Source of the DNA: Intoshia linei
Lineage: Eukaryota > Animalia > Orthonectida
Length of the DNA: 50,583 bases
Reading direction: 5' to 3'
NCBI GenBank assembly: GCA_001642005.1
Contig: LWCA01000120.1
Span: 1-50,583 of the forward strand
A program made the translations under genes and the position numbers. Positions within the stretch are counted from its first letter, which is position 1. Every line of letters starts with the position of its first letter. Shown here one piece after another: positions 27,901 through 40,189 of this stretch. A model generated the notes under the pieces. It saw nothing but the letters and a program-made list of their open reading frames with translations, was not told where the DNA came from and ran no database searches.

Positions 27901-30900
27901 ACTCGTTTGATTTTCAAAAAAAAAGGACAATTGGGCTTTTTGACCCGTAAGATGTGAGTTTGGGAGGTTAAAATTTATTTTGCTAATACACCCGGAAAAA
28001 ATGTAATTGAAATGTGGACTTTGTAAAATGCTAAGACTAGTAGTTATTGAAATAAACGGTAACACATACAGACAAACAAATATTGCGTAGCATATTGTAT
28101 ATATAAGTAAGGATTTATAATAATCATTATGAAGTAGAAATGTTAGCCTAGATTTGAATCTGCACATTGATATTAACACTGCGACTAGTACAACTTTGTA
28201 AGATTTTTTAGGGCGCGAGGTAAATAAGTTTGGGAATGTCAGCTCTAAGGTGTCGTGCACTGTAAAATAAAAAACATTCAATTAAAATAAACAAATGAAA
28301 TGACATCATGTAGAATCGGTTAAACCAGTGGCGCAGATTTCTGTACAAAAATTTTTTTTTGTTTTGAAGATCGCTATTCCAAGTTATATGTCATGAGTCA
28401 TGAATCGTGAAAGTTCACCTGATACACAATTTGCAGATTTTTTGTGTTGTTATATTTCAACACATACAATATGTACTCAAAAGTAGTAAAATTTCTTAAG
28501 CCGTACTATTTTTGGACGCACTTTTAGTTAAACCTATTTGTTAAATAATTTTTCATTGTTAATTGAAGTAATGATAATTTTAATTTTGATGAAATTTCAT
28601 ATTACTTAAGGTAGACACTGCCTACATATAATAATATGATATAATTATAACTAATGATGCCAAAATTTTCAACTTAAAATAATGTTTTAATTTAGAATTA
28701 TCAATGTCGACAATTATTATCAAATATCGAAATTTTTCCATCCTTACTAAACCTCTTAAAAAGTGATTATGCAACTATTCAACAATTGTCTCTTAAAACT
28801 TTGCAATTAGCAAGTCTAAACAGTAATTTTATAATAAAATTTTATTGAATATTTTAAATCCTATTTTCAGTTTAAAAAGTTTTAGTATCTTTAAAAAAAT
28901 GATGTAATCCATGAATTGTGTATAAAATTCTTTAATTTACGAATTAATACAAATTAGAGAGAGAATAGTTATTGTACTTATATTTTTTTATTATAGAAGA
29001 AAATCGAAAAATAATGCAAGAATTTGACGCAGTAAATAAATTGACCGATTTTCTAACACACACGGAATGGTCTGATTTGCATCCAAATGTTATATTTGTA
29101 ATGGAAAATTTGTTGGAAGACGTAGAAGTCGTAGAGGTATATTTTTAAGAAATCAAATATAGAGTGGGCGGCGTTGATTCAACGCTTTTGGAAGATTGAA
29201 CTTTGTAAAAAAATTAATTATTCTAATATATATTCTAGTATACGAGAGCTATTAATTGCAATATTTTACATCTTTTTTAATATTTCTTTCACACTTAAAT
29301 TTTAATTTTTTTTTGTTATTTTGAAGAATAAAAAATAAAAATATTGTGTTTTTCTGGATATTAGCAGCTAATAGCTGCTATTATTATGTATACAATTGTA
29401 TTTATTGGGTATTTAGGTAATTGCCTTAAAAACAAACATATTCAAATTATTACCTTTTTCACCTTATTTTGTAAATTTTTCAATTTAAACCAGTCCGGTC
29501 CGGATAAAATTATAAATTTTACATTTAAAAAAACGTTAACCAAAATTTGATATGTTACTATCTTTGATGCGACCCTAGAAGCTTAAGATACCGATTTATA
29601 CTAAATTAAATTTTACATAATTTCAAGCTATTACACACCCTTAATGACCTGATAATGACAATGAACTAATGTAAAGTAATTTAGCTAAAAACGTGTGTCT
29701 GTTTTGTCTGAAACTGTAATTTAAGAAAGTAAGTGGTGTAAAGTTTCGCAAACACCACTTTCTAATACATTTTTTCCTGATTGAAGTTTTATCGAAATTT
29801 TATTTTCAGAAATTGACTCCTTCAGGTCAAAAACCCCAATTATCATTTTTTTAATATATCACTTTAAATGAAATTTAATGCGAAATGACCGGTCATGGTG
29901 AAACAAATTGGGAACCACTCCTTTAAAAAATTGGTAATAGTGACTTTTAAGTAAGATTTTATTATTGAATTCATTTTTTGGTAGAATTAAAAAAGTTCGC
30001 CCTCGGCAGATCTAGGTACTGTTTGTAAAAGTAAATGATACTAAATAAAATACTGTACACGTGTTTGTAGGCTCATACATGATGTCGCTCTCGACACATA
30101 TATACTTTTTAATATTAGTTTTTGGTTGATGACATGCGATACAAGCAAGTATCCAGCTATTAATTATTTACGTATCCACCGTTTTAACCTTACAATAATA
30201 ATGTGAATATTTAGACATTAAGGAATAATGGAGCTTTACGCAAAATAGCTAAAATGTTGATAGACGTCAACGTAGAAGAAGATGAAACAACCAAGAAAAA
30301 ACCAACTAAAAAAGATGGAAAGAGTGGAAAGAAAAAAGGCCAACAAGATGGTTTGCATTATTATTTTAACGACTACGCATTTTTTTTAGTTATTGAAGTA
30401 GTGTTTACTACATTGTTCAACAATTTCAGATTTTTTTTCGACCTCCCGGGATATTTTTATTTAAAATGAAAGACATTTCAACAAAACTAATATTAAAAAA
30501 AATGTCAATTCCGTGATGCTGAATTTTTACCCACTCTCAAAAACACAAAATTTCCATGGTAATACTAAAATAATGAGCACTACAAACCTAGAAACCATGT
30601 TTCCACGACGATCTACTACTTACAGTAAATATTCTTTAAGATATAGTGATTTATAATAAAGTTACAATAATCACGACATTACTTATGAAACGTACTAATA
30701 GTATTGTATTAATTAGGATAGCTCAAAAACAACTCAATAAAATTGTTTAAAAATTTGACAAATACTTTATAATCATTTATAGTATATTTTATACTATTTT
30801 ATATTGAGGAGGATTTTTCAGTGTTGAACAGTGTATATATTAATTATACATTTACTTATTTATATATATAACTATATTACTTAAAAAATCTTATTATTAT

Positions 30901-33900
30901 TTCAAAAATATTATTTTTGATAATAATTATATTATACATAATAATTTAATTATTAATAATAAGTATTATAATTGAATGGAACTATCTTAGCGGATAAACA
31001 AAACAACACTGAAAGCCAAGCTGAAGCAGCAATTAAACTTTCTATTGAAATTAAAGAAAGTTTATGCAATATTATAGCTAAATCTTCATCTAATGGTAAA
31101 TTTTGTAAATTTTATTTAATTTGCAATAATAATTTTAGGATACAAATTTAAAATATTTATTTATTATTTTAGTGGACAACATCAAAATTTTCCACGAGTT
31201 TGAAATTGATAAAACATTGCTAAATATGCTGAATTCGGATAATTGGAATATAATACACCCTAGTTGTCAAACATTAGGTGTGATGGCCACAAGTTCAATA
31301 TGTCGAGAGTCTATATTTAAATATGGTAATATATATTTTAGTCAATATGTAATAACAATAAGTTATGATTAATTATTTAATATTAATTTTTTAGATGGAC
31401 TTGAAGTAATTATTAAATTGCTAAAAAATGATCATTCTCAGGTTAGACAATCAGCGACGTTGTGTTTGGCAAATTTGATTTTTGAAAATACAACAAATGC
31501 AAAGTAATTTATATAAATGTATATTTGTATTTAAAAATTAAAAAATTCTAATATTGTTTAATAAATCAAATGAATCCTGAGTCAGGCAAAGACAGCTTAA
31601 ACCTTACAGGTTAACACCTTTAAGCTGTCTTTGAGTTAGGATTCCTGATATGAGGTATACAGTATATCTGTAAATTTGTATAAGTGCCACCATTGATACG
31701 GTTTTTTAATTTTTTTTAAGCTTTGTCTATGAAAAAATTACCCATGAAAAATTATTTTTAATTGTTGTTTAAAGAAGCAGAATACTATATAACCTGAATA
31801 CTATAACTATATAAAAATGTATCTCGTGCTAGATCAGGGTGTCAGACTCAATTTGCTTGGCTGGCCAAATGTGAAAAAATATTATCACACAAAAAGATCT
31901 TTACTTAAAACATCATGTTAAAACTAACGGTTTTAATTAATTTATAATAATTTAAATTCATAAAATAAAATAAAAAACAATAATAATGGAGTAAGTGTAC
32001 AAATAATGTTAAAATTGTAATCTTGTTATAAAAATAAAAATTTATATTATAACGCCGCACATTCCACAAGTCCGCATAATTGACACCCCTGTACTAGATG
32101 AATACTGAACGTAATGTATATTATTAAATATTAATTTTTTAGTGAATTAAACAAATCTAGTATTATTGATAGCATAAATTCGATATTACAGGAATCTCGT
32201 GACAATTCTGTCATTAACGCTTCAATATTACTTAGAAATATGGCTTCGGCTAGTGCCACTATTAAATCGGATTGCATTAAAGCAGGTTGTGTCAAAGCTA
32301 TGCTGGAATCAATAAAAACCAATGCTAAGTAATTATTACTACCCACTATAGCTATAATTGTGAACCTGTACAAAATATAAATATAAACGAAACTGATACT
32401 TTTATTCGGATGTATACTATTTCACTTTCCAAACTTGCTAAAACCTCAATCCGTGGAAAAATTTTAATGTTGATATTTGAAATTATTTTAATTTATTATT
32501 TTATTTTATGAACCGTTGCACCAAACTACATGTAATTACATTTTAGTGGGATTATAATGCTGACTGAATTAATGAAGACTTTATCCTGCTACTTAACTGA
32601 TTGTGATGCTAGAAAAATTGTAATTATGCAATTATATTTAAATTTAAAATTTTAATCATACCGGCAATTAATTTTTGTCGTACTTGTTTAAATACAAACA
32701 TGACAAATTCATTACACAATGTGTAGTAACTTGTTTTTTTTAACTACGTGCAAACTGTGAAATAGCACTACCAATGGCGGACACTTCTAGATATATTTTT
32801 TAACTTTATATTATAAATTCAAACAAATTTAATTAAAATTTGAAAATGTAATAATTAATTTGAAAAATTAGTTAAATGGAAGTATTATTTTTGACTATTT
32901 TTTAGTGTTAAATGTGAATAATTCATCTTGATTAACATGTAATATTCAAAATTGTATTTTTGACCTGAAGGTCTCAATTTCTGAGAATAATTCTTGACAA
33001 ATTGTATTCAAAATTGGATTTTTTAATTCATAGGCCTTTAACTTTTTAATTTTATGGTATATATACATTGCATTGACATTCAATTTTATATAAGTAAAGG
33101 AAATTTTAGTTCGATGACTGCAATGGATCAAGTATTTTGGAAAATTGCTTGAATTTGAATGATATCAATTTGATCAGATATACATCTCAAGCTTTGACTG
33201 TAGCTTGTAATAATGAATCAATTGTGGAAAAATTAGTTAGTAGTGGGTATATTTTATTAAACTCACGTATATGTTACTCATTATTTACATTTCAAGGTAA
33301 GGTTTGGATGTATTTAGTCCCAATAAATTTCATCCATCGGGATATTTACATCATTCATTCATAAATCCGATTTTAATATTTTTGGTTGTGTAATGAGTTA
33401 TGATTATTTTAAACTATTTTTTCCGTTTTCCACCATAAAATGTTTTTAATGATATTTTATTAATTTTTTTGATAAATTTTATTGTTTCTTTAGATTTTTA
33501 ATAACTAGCCCTTGTCGCTTTTTTAAATAAAAACCAATTGGCCTGACTTAACATTAACTTCGGTAATAATTTGATATTTTAACAACCTATACACTAAAAT
33601 TGTAGATAATTTTAATTTAGAGTATTATCAAAATTGATTAGTATTTACAAATCTAAAAGTCGCACAAATATTCATACAAAATTAGCCATCGATCGTATTT
33701 TTAATTTCAATTTAACTGTTAAATTTGCTTATTTGGATAAATTGGGTATTTTGTTCAATATTATGATTAAAAAAAGGTACAACTATGTATAACTCAAATT
33801 TAGAAGAAACAGATATTGTAACTGGATTATTTGTTGATGTTGGACGGGTGCGTTCTTTGAATGATAAAGTAAAAACTTTGAATGAACTTGCTGAGGAGGA

Positions 33901-35660
33901 GGTTAATCACAAAAAACCTATAATTTTAATAAACCCTGACAATGAATTGTAATTTTATATTTTACATATATTTTTTAAATATAGATGTACAGATAATTAT
34001 TTTGAGGTACATGAGTTTTATCTAGAAATTACAATAAATTGTTTATTAAGGTATAGTTTTTTAACCTACATGCGAAATTTTTTTTTCACTTCTTCTGTTT
34101 TATTATAAGTATCGTAAGAAAATTCAATTTCATAAAATTAATTATATTTTTTTATATACCGCTGATTTTATTATTTGAATTAAAATTGCAAATACATGGT
34201 ACAAGTAAATATAAAAATTTTTAGATTGAATAAAATTTTAAACATGAACGAAGAGGAAGCTATGAAATTTATTTGTAATTTTAAAATATTAATTCAGGTA
34301 CTCAATCATATTTAGCTGATAATAAAAAAGAAGTGGAACTAATGGACATTTCATCTTTTGATTTAAGATTAACCAGTTATATTGAACATGTTATGAGAAA
34401 CATTCAGCCACTACCTACTTTATTGGACCAAGTTGAAGCATTAGCCATGTAATTTATTAAGTACACAAATATGAAGGAAAAAATTTAATATACTTCAGTT
34501 TCTTAAAGATTTATAATAACCGAATCCCTTAAAATAAAATTTTATTGGTCAAATAATTTCCTTCAAACATTTTTAACGGTGCAATTTTTCAATAACTTAT
34601 TGTTATTTATTTAGGTTTGTCTCTAAATCAATGGGAGGGTTTGTCCAATCATTATCTATAAAAGATTGTAAATATCAATTAAACTTGAGTGAACTTCGAA
34701 ATTCTTTAAATACAAATGTTATACCAATTGGACTAATTTTTAAAGGCCTTCAAGATTATCGAGCTGTACTCTTTAAGGTATTAATTCTTTTTTAATTAGT
34801 ATGTTTATGACATGTATCATAGCCATTATCAACCTTTTTCATGCTTGAACGTTTTTATTTTTTTCTCATCGGTTGATCCGAAATTTATTGGCTCTCAGTT
34901 TTTTGATATCTGCAACATTAGTAGATAATTAGATTAAATTTCATTTTAGTAAGTAATATAAGTATTATTATATTGTAAGATAAACGTTATAAGTGGTATT
35001 TTTTCACGTGAAATACCATAAGTTGTTTATAGCACGTGTATTTGATTCTTCGCATTCCACAATATGGATATATTAGATATATCTAAGATTAACAGCTATT
35101 ATTTGTTTGTGAATAAATCGAGTTTCGAATCTAATGTTACAAAAAAATATTAAAAAAAAATTGAATCAACAAAATTATTTTAAAATAAAATTAAAAGATT
35201 GTCAATTGACTCAATTACGATCCTGGGTGAGTCTGAATATTACTCATCGTATACAATATAAAATATAAAAAATTTATTTAGATTTTGGCTGACAGATTGG
35301 GAATTAGTTGTACATTAGAAAGAGGAAAATATAATAATTATTGGAATACATTAACAGTCATATTACCGGAAGGCCAAAAAACCAGCTCTCAACGTCGTGT
35401 ATGTTATTAAAATTACATTTAAACATCCTTTGATAATTTTTATCAAGGTTAAAATATTAAATGGCCGAAATGACACTATAAAACCTTCATTGGGTCTCCT
35501 GCTTTATATTGTGTATATTAAATATAATAATACATGTTATGTAATATTATATGTTTAGAAAAAAATGTTTACCAAAGATTGTATCGTGGATCTAGTGTTT
35601 CATGTCGGAAGATTAATGGATGTAACGACGACAGAAGCCATTAAATACAAATCATTTTAA
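24925..35660 (+). CDS. ARMC3: Armadillo repeat-containing protein 3 (ARM repeats + C-terminal EDR1-like domain)
   Basis: MAKKTKK..DV|FDPVTLESSQSATVVLLLNSKEEEVV, HENRTIRRN, SSDPDVSKNAVE, RAVLFK|ILADRLGISCTLERG, IVDLVFHVGRLM..EAIKYKSF* match recalled ARMC3; more than 20 GT-AG exons; TAA at 35658-35660. Confidence 0.95.
26409..26918. mobile_element. hAT-type non-autonomous element
   Basis: CAGTGGTTCC left end, degenerate right end, flanked by TTCTACA duplication. Confidence 0.55.
27348..28113 (-). mobile_element. Complete non-autonomous Helitron (~766 bp) in an ARMC3 intron
   Basis: On the minus strand A|TCCTTAC...TGTTTGTCTGT...GC hairpin GCCCTCGGCAGAGC...CTAG|T; no TSD. Confidence 0.82.
31835..32091. 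mobile_element. hAT MITE, inverted copy of 20204-20532
   Basis: TIRs CAGGGTGTCA/TGACACCCCTG; TSD TGCTAGAT/TACTAGAT. Confidence 0.85.
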
Positions 35661-36249
35661 CCTTCATTTTGATAATATACATAAAAAATCCAAAATTTAT
35701 CAACTCTTAATTAAACATTACATATAAACTTTTAATTTCAAAGTGATAACTTATAAAAATACAAATATGAATGGACTCAATCCATTGGATTTGCTAATAA
35801 TTAACAAATATTTCCACAAAACTACAGAGTTGTTAGATATAAAGTAAATTCTTCATTTAAAAAAGATCATTTTGAAATTTGTGTTTTCGATGTGTGCAGT
35901 TGTTATTTTTGCTGAAATACAGTTGTACAATTGCAAGAGTTGAAAATGTGTATTTTAGTTATAATTCGTTTAAATTTAAATTTAGTTTGAATTTAATTTA
36001 AAATTTTATGAGTCAGGATATCAAACTTTACCCTTCTTGTACCCAAATCAGTCCGTATATATATTCCCTTGGTATGTTGGTGTGGCCCTGTAAATTTAAA
36101 TTTTTTTTCAAATTAATGAAATCAATGCAATATCCCGATTCGTCACTAAGAATAAACAAATTTAAAAGAATTTTTTAGCAACAGTTAAAGCAAATTTTTA
36201 CTGCTGCAGGGTTATAATTGAAAAATTGGCATCCATAGATTAAATAAAA

Positions 36250-36912
36250 CAAAATGGTTATCTCATTTTTTTAATTTATTAGACAGAATGTGTGTATATT
36301 ATAATATATATTACAAATAAAGTAAAAACAGTCCAATCCTAAAATTGTCATAAAAAGCTTTTTTTAATTTTCGGACGCTTAATTATTTCACATTTTTAGT
36401 TTTAATAAAATATTTCGGAAAAAAATATATGAATATTAAAATGCTTTTTTAACTGTGAAGGCGTGACTTATTCAGATTAAAATTTTTTGTGTGTGTTAAC
36501 ATGATACAACTCTACACCTGTAAATTTTTTTAGTTTTAAGGCTGTTTTCATTAAAAAAAATGGTAATTTTGGGTTTCGGCCCTGAAGATATATTTTTTTT
36601 AAATTTAAATTTATGATTTTAAAATCCGCATCAAAGTATATATTTTTTTAAATTTAACCACCCGTTTGATTTTCAAAAAAAAGGACAATTGGGGTTTTTG
36701 GCCCGTAGGATGTATGTTTGGGAGGTTGAAATTTATTTGCTAACACCCACGGAAAAAACCGCAATTGAAATGTGGACTTTATAAAATTCTAAGACTGGTA
36801 GTTATTGAAATAAACGATAACACAAACAAATATTGCATAGTATATTATAATATGCTATGATTATATAAGTACAGACAAACAAATATTGCAAAGCATATTA
36901 TATAAGTAAGAA
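36250..36912 (-). mobile_element. Helitron family copy
   Basis: High similarity to 27600-28113. Confidence 0.75.
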
Positions 36913-37097
36913 TATATTAATACAATAATAACAGCGGTTTAACAACAAATTACATTACAATACTTTGAAATTCTTAGATTCCATACTACATGTATCACAA
37001 AAATGGACTTGTCATATTAAATCAAATAATGTAAACAATTTATGTAAATAATATCGTTTGAATTGACTATTCTAAAATAAATAGATATTATTCAGAA

Positions 37098-38951
37098 ATG
37101 ATGAATCAAAATTTTATTGAACCCACAATTAATCAACAACCATATCAGCAATATAGTGTATCGGATAACGTAAATTTTCAAAATGTACAAATTTCTAAAT
37201 CTAATCATTACGTAATTGTGATTATGTTGAGCGTCATATGCACTCCAATTATTGGTAATAAATTCTTACATATATTCAAAATTTTAATTTAAATTTACGC
37301 TTCATTTTAATTATATTATTGATTCCCTATTTATCTCACCATTTTGGGAATTAAAAAAGGGCGTTTATTTTCTTCTAAATATTATTGTTATTTTGTGCTA
37401 CTATTTAATGCAGTGATTCTTAACCCGTGTGCCAGGAGTAGTGTTAAGCTGCGGCCCAAAGATATTTGAGTTTATTTTATAAAAAAGTTTTTTTTTATTT
37501 TTATTTTAAAAAATTTTATAAATTAGTTTGAGACTAATTTAATATTTTACATTTCTAATGCTCTGAATAACATTTTTAATGTACAGTAATACCTCGCTTA
37601 ACGAACAAATTAAAAAACACAAAAAAATAGAAAAATGGGTATTTTCACATAAAGTTTATCATAAATAATTATATCTCTGCTATTTTATTTTGACTTGAAA
37701 AACTCCCGCTTAACGAACAAGATTTCGGAACGAATTGGTTGGTTATAGTGAGGTATTACTGTAATATTGTATACCAAAAATATCAATACATGATAGTATC
37801 ATGATGATACATCTTATTTTCTTTACTAAATTTAAGTTTGCCAAATAAAAGTATTTTTTAATTAGTCAGACCTGTATGTATTGAACACTAACTTAGAAAA
37901 AATAACGATGTTCATTATAGAGTTTATAGTGAACTTTTTATTATCCTTAAAATGCTGATTTTTCCACTTGAATCGTCATAACAAAGTTTAATCGAATCAA
38001 AATATTTTTAAAAATAGTATATTAATACAACCGAATATTCACGAAAATACTAAGTAAAATTATATTCAATATATTAAATTTTTTTTAATGTAGAAAAATA
38101 ATCAGTTAGTTTAGCTTGTCTCGACAATTTTTCCTATATTATATCATTTACCATTTTAATATATTATTAATTCCATTCAGATAATTTTCAATGTACCATT
38201 ATTGCAACTGTTTAGAAATACATAGAGCTTCGTAACAATGTATTGTCGTTTCAATGGGAGTCAACAAGCCTCTCTTCATCAATAACTTTTTTTGAAACAA
38301 GACAATGACGTTTTTTGAACGAACTTATTCAACCATTTGAAGCCTTGAAATCTTCAATTTTATAAGTTTCATACAATTTTAGAACCATTGTTTTAATCAT
38401 TTCGTCAGATAAAATAAAATTTTTCAACCTTTTAAATTCAATCCATTCAAATAGTTTTTTATCTATTTTACAGATTTTAAAGAAGCTTCTATTACGGATG
38501 ATCTTATTATCTTAAATGAGAATATTGTGTGAATTTTTAATTATTCCATTAATGCAGCCCAGAGATAATTTAAATTTCTTAGCCATATCTCGTTGGCTAT
38601 GTTTTATTTTCCTCATGAAACAGTATGATTTTTTTCTCCAATTGACAAATTTTCACGCTTTTTATCGTTCATTATATAATGTTAAAATAAAGTGCAAATC
38701 ATTAATTGATTCAAATTACGATATAATATTATGTTTTATCATGAAAACTTTAATTTCTGCACATTAAATGTATTCAATTGACTCTACCGGAAAGGACTGT
38801 TTTCTAAAAAATAACTAAATTTTCTAAAATTTGGAGATTGTTGAGTCAACAACGTAGACTGCAGTATTCTTTATTTGTGTAAGTACAAATATATTTTTTT
38901 CGTTTATGATTATTTAATTTAGGTTTAGCTTATTACATTTATACATTGTGA
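37098..38951 (+). CDS. Predicted 61-aa single-pass membrane microprotein (2 exons)
   Basis: Exons 37098-37254 and 38923-38951 join in phase: MMNQNF...QQPYQQY...HYVIVIMLSVICTPIIG|LAYYIYTL*. Confidence 0.5.
37584..37761. mobile_element. pogo/Tigger-type MITE
   Basis: TA|CAGTAATACCTC...GAGGTATTACTG|TA. Confidence 0.85.
38150..38861 (-). pseudogene. pogo/Tigger transposase relic (HTH_psq + CENP-B HTH)
   Basis: Frameshifted minus-strand fragments KKRENLSIGEK, SQRDMAKKFKLSLG, KKLFEWI, EDFKASNG..FKKRH. Confidence 0.7.
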
Positions 38952-39294
38952 ATGGTATCAATACATGATAATACTTGTTATTTTCTATTATTAATAAATG
39001 TTTCATTTTTAATTTTTGTAAAATTCAAAATACCGCTTAAATTGCAAAAAATTGTATAAATATCTAGATCAATTATCCCAAATGAGGTACTGGAACTCTT
39101 AATAAGTTTTTAACCCAGAAATTGTTTTGGGGTACCAGCTCGTCTGATATTATCATTCATAAATAATAGATATTTTTTAAATTTCCAAATTATATAACCT
39201 ATATTAAACTTTAATTGAAAACATAAAAATTATTTTATACATATAAAATATAGTATCAATTTGGATGAATAACAAATATTGTAATAAATTAAAA

Positions 39295-39564
39295 AAATGG
39301 CATAACAATTATTTTTAAAATTCTTTACGTAAATGTTAACAAAACAAAATTACGAGAATAATTCACTTTAAATTAAAAAGTGATGTGATATGACGGTTAC
39401 ACTTGAAACAAGTTTGGAACCACTGCTTTAAAGGGTTGATAATAGTAAATAGTAATATTTTTAAGTTAGATTTTCAACGTTAATTTATTTTTTTGGTAGA
39501 ATTAAAAATGTGCTCTCGGTAGAGCTAGGTGCTGTTTGTACGTAGTACATATCAGTCCACCTAG
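39295..39564 (+). mobile_element. Helitron 3' part
   Basis: gctctcggtagagc hairpin, CTAG|T end. Confidence 0.7.
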
Positions 39565-40189
39565 TATTATATAAATAAAGATGTAATACATGTACATTAT
39601 TATGTATATAAACTAATTTTTAAGTAAATTATTTTTATATCTTACATCATTTTTTCTACTTATAATTTTTATCACCTATGTCTCCTCTACATCAAAATGA
39701 ATGACAATATAATAAAATTTTTCTGTATAATTTAATCGAATATTTCATTTTTTTGTCAAATATTAAACAATTCCGATCAAAAGTCTTGGACAATATCAGC
39801 TATTTATTTCTTACTTAACCCTTAGACACCAAAATATCATATGTGAGATTTTTAAAATGACAAAATTTATTTATACTTCAACTATCTAAATTATTGACAT
39901 TTAGCTTTTTCCATCCCTCATCCTATTAAGACGTTCTAGATACCATTATTTTTTTATTTTTTAAAAAATTTTATGAATTTATTAAAGTTTTTGAAGTAAT
40001 TATTAATTAATTACACTTTTTATCAACTTCGAAGTGATTTTCGTCTGTATTTTAATTTATTCATTTAAAAAATGTTCCACCTGTATGAAATGAAACGCAT
40101 TTAAAAAATAAACTAAAAATGTAAATTTGACGATAGATACCAACTGAATGTAGAGAAATTATTTGTAAATGAATAATCCATTGGAACTT

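Noticed and set aside
27469-28281. ORFs 27469..27672 and 27889..28281 (also 24323..24562 and 45683..45907)
   Set aside because: They lie in Helitron-derived non-coding repeats and show no protein motifs
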